A stretch of DNA of 64,000 nucleotides. Source: Methanotrichaceae archaeon. Its GTDB lineage: Archaea; Halobacteriota; Methanosarcinia; Methanotrichales; Methanotrichaceae. Made by a program: the position numbers and the translations under genes. The notes under the pieces were generated by a model, which saw only the letters and a list, made by a program, of their open reading frames with translations, was not told the origin of the DNA and ran no database searches. Where the stretch lies: assembly GCA_963803145.1 (NCBI GenBank), contig CAWDLW010000008.1, positions 256,001-320,000 of the forward strand. Direction: 5' to 3'. Below are positions 63,732 through 64,000 of the stretch, one piece after another. Numbering within the stretch: the stretch's first letter is position 1; every line of letters begins with the position of its first letter.

Positions 63732-64000
<269 letters not shown>

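Overview
Archaeal chromosomal DNA, most likely from a Methanotrichaceae/Methanosarcinales-type methanogen (inferred from cofE/cofC, gatD, aIF2-beta and -gamma, rpoE'/spt4, ADH synthase, HARP, NrpR-domain and SepCysS genes). Housekeeping blocks (about 1-22.9 kb, 36.7-44.5 kb and 56.9-64 kb) are interrupted by two variable regions, each between convergent core genes. Island 1 (about 23.0-36.7 kb) holds toxin-antitoxin genes and remnants, a HEPN (ApeA/YopA-like) protein, an HNH protein, two IS630 elements and three mosaic paralogs of an unknown protein. It also carries at least six copies of a repeat whose differences cluster at positions consistent with an A-rich (AAY) template, followed by a conserved GC-rich tail and hairpin. 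These look like DGR variable regions, but the window has no target ORF, template repeat or reverse transcriptase. The relE toxin is split by a 356-bp ORF-less IS200/IS605-type element that appears to carry only a TnpB-style guide-RNA scaffold; precise excision would restore relE. Island 2 (about 44.6-56.9 kb) is a Type I R-M locus with an extra single-TRD hsdS and a main hsdS split at the TRD boundary by IS630, followed by an M48 protease, winged-helix genes (one split by an IS66-like element) and an IS5. No rRNA, tRNA or CRISPR array was seen. All calls come from reading motifs by eye; no searches were run.
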